Shown one piece after another: positions 1-9,793 of a stretch of 63,378 bases of DNA. The notes beneath the pieces were generated by a model. That model searched no databases. It was not told the DNA's origin and saw nothing but the letters and a program-made list of their open reading frames with translations. The first letter of the stretch is position 1. Each line of letters begins with the position of its first letter. Source of the DNA: a virus (Duplodnaviria; Caudoviricetes); IMG/VR virus record IMGVR_UViG_3300025168_013869, positions 1 to 63,378 of that record. One strand, given 5' to 3'. A program made the translations under genes and the position numbers.

Positions 1-397
1 CATCTGCAATTTGAGGTATATGAGTATCAGTTGCTTCTTCTATCTCACCTCCTTTAGTAACATGCTTCTTAAGTAGATGTTTTAAGCTTACTTTGAACTC
101 AGTATCATCTTCTGTTTCAACTTCATTCATACCTGGCATATAATCTCTTACCCAATGAGTACTACTTAATCTTTCCATTGATACTCGTTCTACTTCTTTT
201 TGTTGTATATTAAAGAATACAACCTCATTCTTCTTAGTATCAAGGAATGCTATCTCACTTGGATATCTATGATCATTGGTTGCAATATATTGTACTTGAT
301 CATTAGGCTTAGATTTTAGTTTAGGATCTACAAATGGTTTCACTTCATTAAGCTTTGCTTCTGATAATACTTCGTTTAATAATTTTTTTAGTTTCAT
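1..397 (-). CDS. Hypothetical protein with KLKxLL-x-E N-terminal leader (3' partial, runs off the window)
   Basis: Not in the ORF track. Manual translation from ATG at 397 gives MKLKKLLNEVLSEAKLNEVKPFVDPK... with no stop before base 1. Confidence 0.8.
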   Translation of the reverse strand, partial: MKLKKLLNEVLSEAKLNEVKPFVDPKLKSKPNDQVQYIATNDHRYPSEIAFLDTKKNEVVFFNIQQKEVERVSMERLSSTHWVRDYMPGMNEVETEDDTEFKVSLKHLLKKHVTKGGEIEEATDTHIPQIAD

Positions 398-398
398 A

Positions 399-1340
399 TT
401 ATCTTCTTTCTATTTCAGCTAATGCCTTTGCACAAGCTGCTCTAAAACTTTCCATGAAATCTTCTACTCTAGGTTCATCTGGTCCTGTATCTTGAAACCA
501 CTCAATTGCATTTCCAAGATCTGCTCCTTCTCTATGATAATTAACATCTGTAAATGATTCTGAAGCAGCTTCCATTGTTCCTATGTTATCAAATGTGATA
601 TCAGGTGCTTCTGCTCCCCATCGTAACATACCAGTATAATCAAAATCATTTGACCACTTATCACCTGGTTCAAATATCCCAGTTCCTGCTGCTTCATTTA
701 CACCTTCGAAAGCTGATTTAGTTGGTTTTCCTTTTAATGCATCTACACATGCTTTATTAAATTTCTTAAACCAACCTCTTGCTTCTGATGGTGATCTATC
801 TTGCATTAGTTCAATTCCCATATTTAGATGACTTGCTATATCATCTGCTTGTTCATCATCTATATCTTCAAATTTATCTGATAGTTTAACTAGGGCATCT
901 TCACCAACATTACTCTTGATAGTTGAACCTATCATCAATAAAGGTTTTAGGCCTCTTGCTAATGCTTCAGTCATAGTTGCACGATCAACACTTTCTGCTC
1001 TAGGTGCATCTTGCATAATTGCATCCATTGCATCTCTATCTAAATCTACACTTGGAAGAACATCTGCTGGAATTGGATGTTTACTATGTAATTGCTTTAC
1101 TATGTTTATCCACTCTTTATCAAATTGAGTACCAGTAGGTGGTAATTGACCTTGGTGCCAGTATACATATGTCATTATATCATCTGGTTGGTATTCCCAC
1201 CAAGTGTTTAAGTCAGGAAACTTCTCTCCTGGTATTCTTGTTCTTAAAGATTTAAGCATAGGATCACTTCCTGGTCCTTCGTTTAAATTTCTTTGCCATT
1301 TCTGATGATTGAATACACCATTTTTTATATAATTACTCAT
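399..1340 (-). CDS. Hypothetical acidic protein, possibly virion-associated
   Basis: 313-aa ORF with AGGGA SD 7 nt upstream; no recognisable catalytic motif. Confidence 0.7.
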   Translation of the reverse strand: MSNYIKNGVFNHQKWQRNLNEGPGSDPMLKSLRTRIPGEKFPDLNTWWEYQPDDIMTYVYWHQGQLPPTGTQFDKEWINIVKQLHSKHPIPADVLPSVDLDRDAMDAIMQDAPRAESVDRATMTEALARGLKPLLMIGSTIKSNVGEDALVKLSDKFEDIDDEQADDIASHLNMGIELMQDRSPSEARGWFKKFNKACVDALKGKPTKSAFEGVNEAAGTGIFEPGDKWSNDFDYTGMLRWGAEAPDITFDNIGTMEAASESFTDVNYHREGADLGNAIEWFQDTGPDEPRVEDFMESFRAACAKALAEIERR

Positions 1341-1352
1341 ATTGTTTTCCCT

Positions 1353-1568
1353 TTATTTCTTTGCAAATTTTTCTGCGCCAGCTATTCCAAAACAGCCTAT
1401 TACAATCCACATAAATGAATTGTATATAATTTCATTGATAACTAAATCTTTCCCTAAATATCCAGTAACTAGGTCCATTAGAGCAAAAATGGTCATTACT
1501 ATAAATGCTATAAAACCTACTACAGTTTTTTCATTCCATTCATTATCATTCTTAAATATACCCCACAT
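1353..1568 (-). CDS. Small two-TM membrane protein (holin-like)
   Basis: Two hydrophobic helices and a basic C-terminus (EKFAKK); AGGA SD. Confidence 0.6.
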   Translation of the reverse strand: MWGIFKNDNEWNEKTVVGFIAFIVMTIFALMDLVTGYLGKDLVINEIIYNSFMWIVIGCFGIAGAEKFAKK

Positions 1569-1580
1569 AGTTTTCCTTTT

Positions 1581-1591
1581 ATATAAATATC
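1581..1591 (-). promoter_or_regulatory. Class B motif GATATTTATAT (putative late promoter)
   Basis: Intergenic, 12 nt upstream of ATG 1568; same motif recurs at 9773, 14678, 38004, 55356 and 61930. Confidence 0.6.
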
Positions 1592-1598
1592 AAGTTAA

Positions 1599-1976
1599 TT
1601 AGAATTCCTCCATTATGATTTCATCTATCTTATCTTGTACTTCTTTCTTTGTTGCTTCCATTTCCATCATAATGTTTGCTTGGTATCTCTTAGTTTCTTT
1701 ACCATTAACAAATACTATAACTGTCGGAGTAACTACTATACTAAAATCTTTTTGCCAATCACCTTTGTCTATTAAAATTCGTTTTGTTCCTACATCAGAT
1801 AAGTCATGTAACCATTCTACATTATTACCTGCATTCCAACTAGCATTAAATTCTACTACACATATATCTTCATCACAAGTATAAGTTTGGCCTTTTGCGG
1901 AACTACATACTAACATTAAAAATAATATTAATATGTAACCGGCCATCATTTTTATCCATGTATAATCTTTTTTCAT
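1599..1976 (-). CDS. Exported thioredoxin-fold protein lacking CxxC
   Basis: N-terminal hydrophobic signal; VVEFNASWN and IVVTPTVIVFVNGKE resemble the thioredoxin FxAxW and PT motifs, but there is no CxxC. Confidence 0.6.
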   Translation of the reverse strand: MKKDYTWIKMMAGYILILFLMLVCSSAKGQTYTCDEDICVVEFNASWNAGNNVEWLHDLSDVGTKRILIDKGDWQKDFSIVVTPTVIVFVNGKETKRYQANIMMEMEATKKEVQDKIDEIIMEEF

Positions 1977-1989
1977 AACTTATCCTTTA

Positions 1990-2274
1990 TTATCTTAATG
2001 CGTCAATTTTATCATTTAACTTCTCAAGTTGTTCTTTAATTTCTTTAACATCTTCTTGAGTTGTCATGATAGTTTGTCTAACCAATTGGTCTTTCATGTC
2101 AAATTCCATTCTTGTTATTTCAGGTGATGGTGGTTCTGGTAATTCTCTAGCTTCGGCTATATCAGCCTGCAACATAAACCACATAGATATTACTGTAGCC
2201 ATTGCAGCTCCTATTCCAATTAAGGTTTTTATTGATACCTTAAATCCACTATCTTCATTTAACTCTTTACTCAT
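1990..2274 (-). CDS. Membrane-anchored coiled-coil protein
   Basis: One TM segment followed by a heptad-rich C-terminus; AGGAG SD. Confidence 0.6.
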   Translation of the reverse strand: MSKELNEDSGFKVSIKTLIGIGAAMATVISMWFMLQADIAEARELPEPPSPEITRMEFDMKDQLVRQTIMTTQEDVKEIKEQLEKLNDKIDALR

Positions 2275-2285
2275 TTACTTTCTCC

Positions 2286-2540
2286 TTAATTCCAAAAGAT
2301 TAGTTTACCTAATATACCTATTAAAACTACCCAAATAGACCATAAAGTCTTTTGAGCACCTTTTCTGAATGTGGTATTTTTATTGACTCTTGCGATGGCA
2401 CCATCATCTGGACCTAACAGTTGTTTCTTTATCATTGTTAAATCGTCTTGCATCTTTACTTGATTGTCTTTAATATGACATACGTCATTCTTTACTACCT
2501 TTATCTCGGTATATAAATTTTCATTTGTTGGTCTTGCCAT
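2286..2540 (-). CDS. Coiled-coil protein with C-terminal TM helix
   Basis: Start moved from 2621 to ATG 2540 (MARPTNENL), immediately after the upstream stop at 2542. Confidence 0.6.
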   Translation of the reverse strand: MARPTNENLYTEIKVVKNDVCHIKDNQVKMQDDLTMIKKQLLGPDDGAIARVNKNTTFRKGAQKTLWSIWVVLIGILGKLIFWN

Positions 2541-2541
2541 C

Positions 2542-3633
2542 TTAAAATACCCTATAATTAATTCCTGCACTAAATCCGTGCCACTTTCTATTCCAATACT
2601 TGTTATAAGTACCTTCTGCAAATATACCTAAATTCTTAGAAAACCAATGTCCAAATATTATTCCTCCAGAATAATCAGACCATTGTCCTTCATTATATTT
2701 ATGATAACTAAATTCTCCACCATCATCATAATGATATGGCATTACATTACCCCATACATGTAACCAACTCTTCTTAGTATAATTATAGTAATCAAACCCA
2801 AGAACCATAGAATATTGTATAGTATTTTTTAATTCTCCTCGTTTCTTTTCAGTATAATCAGATAACATATTTGGTATTGCAACTGCTTCCCAGACTTCTG
2901 TACTTGTTGCAACTGAATTACCTGATGGGTCTAAGTATTCAACTCCACCTTCACCATCAAAGTTAACTGAATATCCTTCTTCAAGTGCTAAAAATGTATA
3001 ATGTAAATTGTTATTTGATAATAGCCATTCCTCTAATGGATCATATCCATAAGGTTCTGATAACCTTTGAGCTGCTCCTATGTTAACAGATAATCCATCT
3101 ACTTTATCAATATTATATCTATATCTTTGTGATGCTTCAAAGTATTCAATATCTGCAAAACCATCTTGAAGGTATTCTACTTTTGCTATAAAGTGTTTCC
3201 AACAGTATTTATTACTACATCCATCATCTGCTATATATCTAATAAAGTGATGTTGATCTAAGTAACGTTCTCCTTCCTGTCTCTTAAGCTTTCCTTCAAA
3301 TAGAAATTCTACATTATTTGACCATCTTCCAACTGTTGCTGCATCTGAGAATGAATTTTCTGTTCCGTTCTTAAATGCTTCTTTAGGTTGATATCCGAAT
3401 TTCTTAAATTTTCTAATTCCTAATATAATAGAATAATCATAAGGAGTTTCTACCACAGAAGTATTTAATCCATTTGTAACTGAATAGACATCTCTATCTG
3501 ATAAAGAGGTTCCTCCATTAACAGCTCCATACACTGTTCCAAATTTGAATATCTTTTTGAAATCAATTTTTTTCTCTTGAGCACTAACTTGTAAGCTAAT
3601 TACTGCAAGTATTATTATTATTAGTTTTTTCAT
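2542..3633 (-). CDS. Predicted outer-membrane beta-barrel protein with Sec signal peptide
   Basis: Likely start ATG 3633 (MKKLIIIILAVISLQVSA/Q); alternating aromatic beta-strands; C-terminal GINYRVF with terminal Phe, resembling a BAM beta-signal. Confidence 0.6.
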   Translation of the reverse strand: MKKLIIIILAVISLQVSAQEKKIDFKKIFKFGTVYGAVNGGTSLSDRDVYSVTNGLNTSVVETPYDYSIILGIRKFKKFGYQPKEAFKNGTENSFSDAATVGRWSNNVEFLFEGKLKRQEGERYLDQHHFIRYIADDGCSNKYCWKHFIAKVEYLQDGFADIEYFEASQRYRYNIDKVDGLSVNIGAAQRLSEPYGYDPLEEWLLSNNNLHYTFLALEEGYSVNFDGEGGVEYLDPSGNSVATSTEVWEAVAIPNMLSDYTEKKRGELKNTIQYSMVLGFDYYNYTKKSWLHVWGNVMPYHYDDGGEFSYHKYNEGQWSDYSGGIIFGHWFSKNLGIFAEGTYNKYWNRKWHGFSAGINYRVF

Positions 3634-3637
3634 ATTA

Positions 3638-3943
3638 TTAGTTCCAATGGTTATCAAATATTGCTTTACCAGTTTTCTTAAACGCTTCCCAGTTTTTCCA
3701 AAATGTAGATCTTGGATCTAATACATCTTTTTGTACTGCATCATACATAGCATTAGCTTCTTTTTCAAATAAAGGTGCATTAGGTTTGTTTCTATGTTTT
3801 TTAGATACTGCTGCTAATTTCTGTACTGCCTTGTCCAATGTTACTGCAGCCTTAATTACTCTTTCATGAGCCTTCTGTATTACAATTGCATCTTTAACTT
3901 GCCATTGTTGACTAGCTTCAGTTAATAAGTCTTTTAATTTCAT
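3638..3943 (-). CDS. Hypothetical protein with KLKxLL-x-E leader
   Basis: Starts MKLKDLLTEA; ATGA overlap with the upstream gene. Confidence 0.7.
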   Translation of the reverse strand: MKLKDLLTEASQQWQVKDAIVIQKAHERVIKAAVTLDKAVQKLAAVSKKHRNKPNAPLFEKEANAMYDAVQKDVLDPRSTFWKNWEAFKKTGKAIFDNHWN

Positions 3944-6900
3944 TGTTTAATCACCTTTTTACTATATCTACTACTATTATAAAGTATAACCATATTATAT
4001 ATACCATTCGGTAACTTGGATAAATCTAAGCGTTTAGTATTTCGTTCACTAACCACCTTAGACCCTATCATATCATACAATTCTACTTCTATTTCTAATC
4101 TTGTTTCTATTGTTACTATATCCTTAGTTGGATTAGGATAAACTACAATTCCTAATGCTGATATATCTTCTATTGAAGTTGGCCAACCTAATTGACAATA
4201 GTCATACATTGATTGACATGATGCATCCCAATCATTAGTACAACAAAAATCATCAACGTCTATTACCCAAGCATAACAACCATCATTTAACCAATAAGGA
4301 ATTCCAGGTCCTCCATAACAACCTGCATCATATAAACATGCTAATGTATCAGATACATTTGCAGCTGGATTATAATTATAAGCTGCCACATCTGTACATC
4401 CTGATACTGCTGTTATACATGTATTAACTGGTTCATAACATGCATTTGGATCATAGTTCAATGCAGTTGCATCCATACAACCTGAGATGTAACAACATGT
4501 ATTATCTGATGTATTTGCTAATGGATTGTAATTTAATGCTGATACATCATTACATCCATATATGAAAGGAATACAATTTCCATTATCCACATTTGCTAAT
4601 GCATTATAATTAAACATTATACTATCCATACATCCATATATTGGATTGATACATGTACCATCATCTGTATTAGCATTAGCATTATAATTTAATGCATTTG
4701 GATTAGTACATCCATATATAAACGGCACACAAGTATTATTATCTGTATTGGCTAATGGATTGTAATTGAATTGAGTTGAGTCTGTACATCCGTATATTGG
4801 ATTGATACAAGAACCATCATCTGTATTTGCTAGTAAATTGTAATTTAACGCTACAGGGTTTGTACATCCATACACATATCCTACACATGAATTATTATCT
4901 GTATTTGCTAAAGGATCATAATTAAATGAGGTTGAATCTGTACACCCATATACAAATGGAATACATGAATTATTATCTGTATTTGCATTTTGGTTATAGT
5001 TCCACATTGTATTGTCCATACATCCATATATAAATGGAACACAACTACCATTGTCTGTATTTGCTAAAGGATCATAATTAAATTGAGTTGCATCTGTACA
5101 ACCTAATACTGGATATATACATCCTATATTAATATTTGCTAATGAATCATAGTTAAGTGCTGTTGGATCAGTACAACCTAACACTTCTGCAATACATGTT
5201 CCATTATCTGTATTGGCATTTACATCGTAATTAAATGCTAAAGGATCTATACATCCTTCAATAACTGGAATACAACCTACACTTGTATTTGCTGTTATAT
5301 CATAATTAAATGCTGATGTATCTGTACAACCATATACAAATGGAATACAATTACCGTCATCAGTATTAGCAGCTGCATTATAATTAAATTGTGTAATGTC
5401 CATGCAACCATTAATAACTGGTATACATGATGATTGATCATTTGAATTTGCTGATGGATTAAAGTTAAATGCTGTAGTATCCATACACCCAATTACTTCT
5501 GCAATACATCCTCCATCATCTACATTTGCAGTTGGATCATAATTAAATGCTAAATCATTTGTACATCCTAACACTATTGGTATACATGTACTAGGCATAT
5601 TAGCTAATGGATCATAATTAAATGCTAATGCATCCATACAACCAATTATACCATCTGTACAGTAGTCACCACATTCAGGTACATTATTATACTTGAACGG
5701 AAATTTCTTTATAGGATCTAACCAAGCATTTGTTCCTCCTGATAATGTAGTATCTCCTTCAGGTCCTATTAAATAGAATCCATTTTGATCTGCTGTTGAT
5801 GATGAATTACCTGGAGCAAAGAACATTATATCTACTGGACTTAATGCACTTAAACTAATTGTAAATGTTTGTTGTCCGCCATCATATGGTCCCATCATAA
5901 ATGGACCGAATGTTGTAGTATCTTGTAATACTCCTAACCATGCTCCAAACCAACCATCTTGAGCTGCATCTGTAATTACTAATGTATAATCACAAGTTGG
6001 AATTATATCCATTGTGTTTGCTGATGAATTATAATCTGGTGAAGTAGGATCTATACAACCTAATACTACTGGTGTTAAACAAGTACTATCATCTTGTGTT
6101 GCTTGAGGATTGTATTCTGTAAATCCGGGAGTTGTACATCCTAAGATGGCATTAACAGTACATGGAGCAACAGTATATAGTACTGACGTATCCGTTCCAA
6201 AATTAGCATTAGGAGATTGTATTGATAATATAGTATCACCACAAAGAGTTTGTACTAAAGCACTACCATCTACTCCTCCGTAACATGAACCACAAAGCCC
6301 ATCACCAAAATTATCCATTAATGTAAATTCTACAACAGTACCATTAGGTACACATACTTCAGTTATAACTGTTTCACCTTCTCCTGAATATAATGAAGAC
6401 ACAGCTAATATATTACCTGTTGTGTCTGCTAATTCCCAACTAGTTTCACCAAAATAAGTATCCGTCATTATTGTCACTACTATGTTGGATTCTCCAGCTG
6501 CGCAATTTGCAGGTGGAGCTTGACATGAACTATCATCTGAATTGGCCCATGGATTATAATTTAATGCAGTTGGATCTGTACAACCAGGTATACAATCAGG
6601 AGTTGTAATTACTAAAGTGTCTGTATAAGTTGAATCGGTTAACATACCTACAAAATAGTATGTCATGTTAGGTTGCTGGTTTTGGTAAATTAATGCTGTA
6701 TTTGACCAATTAGAAGGATAAGGATACCATTGTGATCCTAAATTATAAAGATCTGTTGATCTAGTATATGAAGCCATTCTACAATTAGGATTCGGCATAT
6801 TAGACCAATTATATTTAACTGTGGCAGTAGCTCCTGTACAATAAGTTTCTACATAGAAAGTATCTAAACCATTACATGGTGGATAGATGCAAGAACCATC

Positions 6901-7341
6901 ATCAGTTGTTGCAGTATTATCATAGTTAGTTGCTATTGAATCTGTACACCCTGATAATGGTGGTGCACATGGTTGTATATTGACTAATGTATCTAATTGA
7001 AAGAACATCATCCATAAAGGATCATAGTTTAATATTTGACCTTGGCAATCATTTTGCATCTTAAACCAAGCTGGATTGTTTGAATTCCAACCATCACCAT
7101 AAGAATCATTTAATGTAATAACATAATTACCTGAGTTAATGCTAATTGTAGTATCTAAATATTGATATGCAATTGTTGGTTGATGAAAAATTGCTGTATC
7201 GCCATTAACAGTATCTTCAACCATAAACCAATTGGACTCTTGTGGAGCCCAACTATCATATTGTACTTTGAATTGTACCCAACTATCTTGCGCTAATAAC
7301 ATTGTTGGCAATAAAGCCAGTAATAATATAAACTTCTTCAT
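3940..7341 (-). CDS. Secreted Cys-rich repeat protein with T9SS type A C-terminal sorting domain
   Basis: Signal peptide MKKFILLLALLPTMLLA/Q; about 21 GC(T/M)D...NY(N/D)PxAxxDDGSC repeats; C-terminal VYPNPTKDIVTI...LDLSKLPNGIY...KKVIKQ is the typical Por/T9SS CTD signature. Confidence 0.85.
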   Translation of the reverse strand: MKKFILLLALLPTMLLAQDSWVQFKVQYDSWAPQESNWFMVEDTVNGDTAIFHQPTIAYQYLDTTISINSGNYVITLNDSYGDGWNSNNPAWFKMQNDCQGQILNYDPLWMMFFQLDTLVNIQPCAPPLSGCTDSIATNYDNTATTDDGSCIYPPCNGLDTFYVETYCTGATATVKYNWSNMPNPNCRMASYTRSTDLYNLGSQWYPYPSNWSNTALIYQNQQPNMTYYFVGMLTDSTYTDTLVITTPDCIPGCTDPTALNYNPWANSDDSSCQAPPANCAAGESNIVVTIMTDTYFGETSWELADTTGNILAVSSLYSGEGETVITEVCVPNGTVVEFTLMDNFGDGLCGSCYGGVDGSALVQTLCGDTILSIQSPNANFGTDTSVLYTVAPCTVNAILGCTTPGFTEYNPQATQDDSTCLTPVVLGCIDPTSPDYNSSANTMDIIPTCDYTLVITDAAQDGWFGAWLGVLQDTTTFGPFMMGPYDGGQQTFTISLSALSPVDIMFFAPGNSSSTADQNGFYLIGPEGDTTLSGGTNAWLDPIKKFPFKYNNVPECGDYCTDGIIGCMDALAFNYDPLANMPSTCIPIVLGCTNDLAFNYDPTANVDDGGCIAEVIGCMDTTAFNFNPSANSNDQSSCIPVINGCMDITQFNYNAAANTDDGNCIPFVYGCTDTSAFNYDITANTSVGCIPVIEGCIDPLAFNYDVNANTDNGTCIAEVLGCTDPTALNYDSLANINIGCIYPVLGCTDATQFNYDPLANTDNGSCVPFIYGCMDNTMWNYNQNANTDNNSCIPFVYGCTDSTSFNYDPLANTDNNSCVGYVYGCTNPVALNYNLLANTDDGSCINPIYGCTDSTQFNYNPLANTDNNTCVPFIYGCTNPNALNYNANANTDDGTCINPIYGCMDSIMFNYNALANVDNGNCIPFIYGCNDVSALNYNPLANTSDNTCCYISGCMDATALNYDPNACYEPVNTCITAVSGCTDVAAYNYNPAANVSDTLACLYDAGCYGGPGIPYWLNDGCYAWVIDVDDFCCTNDWDASCQSMYDYCQLGWPTSIEDISALGIVVYPNPTKDIVTIETRLEIEVELYDMIGSKVVSERNTKRLDLSKLPNGIYNMVILYNSSRYSKKVIKQ
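4336..5643 (-). repeat. Tandem array of 17 ~26-aa GCTD-type repeats within the T9SS-cargo gene
   Basis: Counted in the translation from GCMDALAFNY to GCTDVAAYNY...DTLAC; four more dispersed copies lie further N-terminal. Confidence 0.85.
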
Positions 7342-7361
7342 ATAGATGTCTCCTAATAGAT

Positions 7362-7661
7362 TTAGTTTTTACAACAACCGGTGTTTCCACCTTTACATAA
7401 TTTACAACCACATGTAGTTAGATATGCCCAACCTAATGCTCCTGCTAATATTATAGTTCCCCATACAAAACTTACACCAAATGAGCATCCAGCTCCTACT
7501 GCTAATATGTATCCACCATAACATTTACAGTGACATAATATTAAATCATACATTGATTTATTTTCTTTATACTCTGCTACTAACTTTTCATCTAACTCAG
7601 TACTATCAAGTACTTTCTTTACTACTTTCTTTACTACTTTTTTTGCTGTTTTCTTTGCCAT
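7362..7661 (-). CDS. Small Cys-rich membrane protein with basic N-terminus
   Basis: KKTAKKVVKKVVKKV start, two TM segments, CGCKLC...GCC end; AGGA SD. Confidence 0.6.
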   Translation of the reverse strand: MAKKTAKKVVKKVVKKVLDSTELDEKLVAEYKENKSMYDLILCHCKCYGGYILAVGAGCSFGVSFVWGTIILAGALGWAYLTTCGCKLCKGGNTGCCKN

Positions 7662-7681
7662 TTTAATGTCCTTTAAATTAA

Positions 7682-8023
7682 TTAATCTTTATCTGGATGA
7701 TATTCCAGAGTAACTTTCTTTACTGCTTTTCCTTTTGATGTACCATCAGCTATTAACCCAATTGGTACTATATTATCAGGAGTAGTATACCAATATTGAA
7801 CTTCGTATCCTTTACCATCAGTCCATTTTACTATTAATCCTCTATCTGCTCCTCCTGGCTCTACCTCGGCTTTAAGTACTATTTCTTTTTTTGGTGGTAA
7901 TACCATATCAATAGCTTTTTTACCTGCTCTTTTTGGTGAATCACTATCATGCCAATCTTTAGGAATTTCTACAAATCCTGATCCTTTAACTAGGTCTGCT
8001 AATTTAATTTTTTTATCGGCCAT
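7682..8023 (-). CDS. Hypothetical protein
   Basis: 113 aa; TAATG coupling to the upstream gene; weak leader match KIKLADLV. Confidence 0.65.
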   Translation of the reverse strand: MADKKIKLADLVKGSGFVEIPKDWHDSDSPKRAGKKAIDMVLPPKKEIVLKAEVEPGGADRGLIVKWTDGKGYEVQYWYTTPDNIVPIGLIADGTSKGKAVKKVTLEYHPDKD

Positions 8024-8841
8024 TACATTTTCTCTAATTGATCTGATTGTTTTGTTAATACATCACCAGGTCTATATGATTTAGATTTATCTCCATTAGT
8101 TACTGAATATTTAACTTCGCCAGCATTTGGTAAATCTATTACAATTCCTTTAGAACCAAAATGAGGACATCCTGGATCTTTATCATTTACAATATCTCCA
8201 GTACCAAATTTATATCCGTCATGATCTTCTGATACATATACATCTTCAATTGGTTTCTTTTTAAGTTCTTTTTCTTTTTCTTTAGCCGCTTTAATTTTAG
8301 CATCAGCTGCATCAGCCATTGCATCAATAGCTAACTGTTCTGCATCTGCCTCATCTTGACTAATTTCTGCTAAAGGATTATATTTCATCTTTATCATATT
8401 TCTTTCAGATGGTAATTGTCCTAATATACTCTCACTTATTAAATCTTTTAATTTCATATCTTTTCCTCCTGGGTTATAATGATCTGACATTGATGGTCCT
8501 GATTTAGCTTCTCCATCTTTCTCATCTTCATCTTTTGGATCTTCTTCATCCTCTGGTTCTTTTTGTGCTGGAGCTTCATCTCCACTATGTAAAGTTTCCA
8601 TTCCTTTATTGTATGTTGCTATATCTATTTTATTACCGTTAACTTGTAAAAATTCAACTTCTGGATATGAAAATTGTACCATCTCACCATGTTCATCCAT
8701 TCCAAATCCTATTAATGCATCCTCTATATCATCTGCATCTGTAAGTGTTAAAAATCTACCAGAAGTATATACCTTAATTGGTATTCCTGTTAATACAAAT
8801 TGTCCTATTATTACGTTATTAAATACTTTTGGTGCTGGCAT
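8023..8841 (-). CDS. Hypothetical protein with probable internal second start at 8457
   Basis: 272 aa; an acidic linker is followed by MKLKDLISE preceded by AGGAGG. Confidence 0.7.
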   Translation of the reverse strand: MPAPKVFNNVIIGQFVLTGIPIKVYTSGRFLTLTDADDIEDALIGFGMDEHGEMVQFSYPEVEFLQVNGNKIDIATYNKGMETLHSGDEAPAQKEPEDEEDPKDEDEKDGEAKSGPSMSDHYNPGGKDMKLKDLISESILGQLPSERNMIKMKYNPLAEISQDEADAEQLAIDAMADAADAKIKAAKEKEKELKKKPIEDVYVSEDHDGYKFGTGDIVNDKDPGCPHFGSKGIVIDLPNAGEVKYSVTNGDKSKSYRPGDVLTKQSDQLEKM

Positions 8842-8842
8842 A

Positions 8843-9745
8843 TTATTTCCCTTTCTTTATATTTGCAATCTTCTGGAAATGTTCTTTAAGAGTAACTCCT
8901 TCACCAAATGGTTCAGATACATTTATCATTCCTTTTGCTAACGCCTTTAATTTATTTTCTGGATCACCACCTACGTCTGATTGAGGCATTGACTTTCTAC
9001 CAGGCGCGCCTGTTGCATATTTTCTTTTAATCATAAGTTCTAGATTAGTAAAGATTGCAGTTGCAATATCTCCTGGGTTCGTAAGTTCTATTTTCTTTCT
9101 TCCTGCATATACAGGTGAATTATCCATCCAAACCTTTTCAACATTTGTTCCTAAGTTGTCTTGTACCTTTTGTTGAATTATAGATAAATCAACTCCTTTC
9201 AATAAATTCTCACCTTTTGGATCTGCTGCTGGAACTTTGCCTAACTCTGCTGCAATTGCACCATGAACTACTTTTAACATATCTGTATGAGTGAATCCCG
9301 GTTTCTCTGCTATATCCAAAGCTTCAAGCTTTGCAAATGGATTAGCTGCAAATACCTGACTCCATCTATGATGTCCATCAATAATATATTGTCCTGCATA
9401 TGTTACAATTGGACCGCCTACATCAGCATTTCCTTTAAGGAAAGAATCTAATGAACCATACTGATCAGTTAATAGATTCATAACACTTTGATCAAAGCCA
9501 ATTTCATTTTGAGTTGGTAACAACTTCATTACTTGAATTGTAGTAGATGTATATGGAAATTTATCATCATTAGGATCACCATCTTTATCACCTGCATTTA
9601 ATAATGCTTGTACTTTTGGGTCACTAATTACATTGGACAACTTTTTTCTTCCAATTGCAACCGATCCTCCTTTTTGTGAATCGCCGTAAACTTTTTCTAA
9701 TTCATCAGACGGTGCTTCTGTGAGTAGTGATTTTAATTTTAACAT
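8843..9745 (-). CDS. ParB/Srx-like nuclease-fold protein with KLKxLL-x-E leader
   Basis: LLPTQNEI...IIDGHHRW motif of the ParB/sulfiredoxin fold; starts MLKLKSLLTEA. Confidence 0.7.
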   Translation of the reverse strand: MLKLKSLLTEAPSDELEKVYGDSQKGGSVAIGRKKLSNVISDPKVQALLNAGDKDGDPNDDKFPYTSTTIQVMKLLPTQNEIGFDQSVMNLLTDQYGSLDSFLKGNADVGGPIVTYAGQYIIDGHHRWSQVFAANPFAKLEALDIAEKPGFTHTDMLKVVHGAIAAELGKVPAADPKGENLLKGVDLSIIQQKVQDNLGTNVEKVWMDNSPVYAGRKKIELTNPGDIATAIFTNLELMIKRKYATGAPGRKSMPQSDVGGDPENKLKALAKGMINVSEPFGEGVTLKEHFQKIANIKKGK

Positions 9746-9772
9746 GTTGTTTTCCCTTGTTTATTTATTTTA

Positions 9773-9783
9773 ATATAAATATG
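9773..9783 (-). promoter_or_regulatory. Class B motif CATATTTATAT
   Basis: Intergenic, upstream of ATG 9745. Confidence 0.6.
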
Positions 9784-9793
9784 CAGATGGATA

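Noticed and set aside
5295-5492. 65-aa minus-strand ORF
   Set aside because: Alternate frame inside the repeat region of the T9SS-cargo gene
4336-5643. Periodic ~78-bp repeats as a CRISPR array
   Set aside because: Degenerate, in-frame protein-coding repeats with synonymous variation; no constant repeat and unique spacer structure
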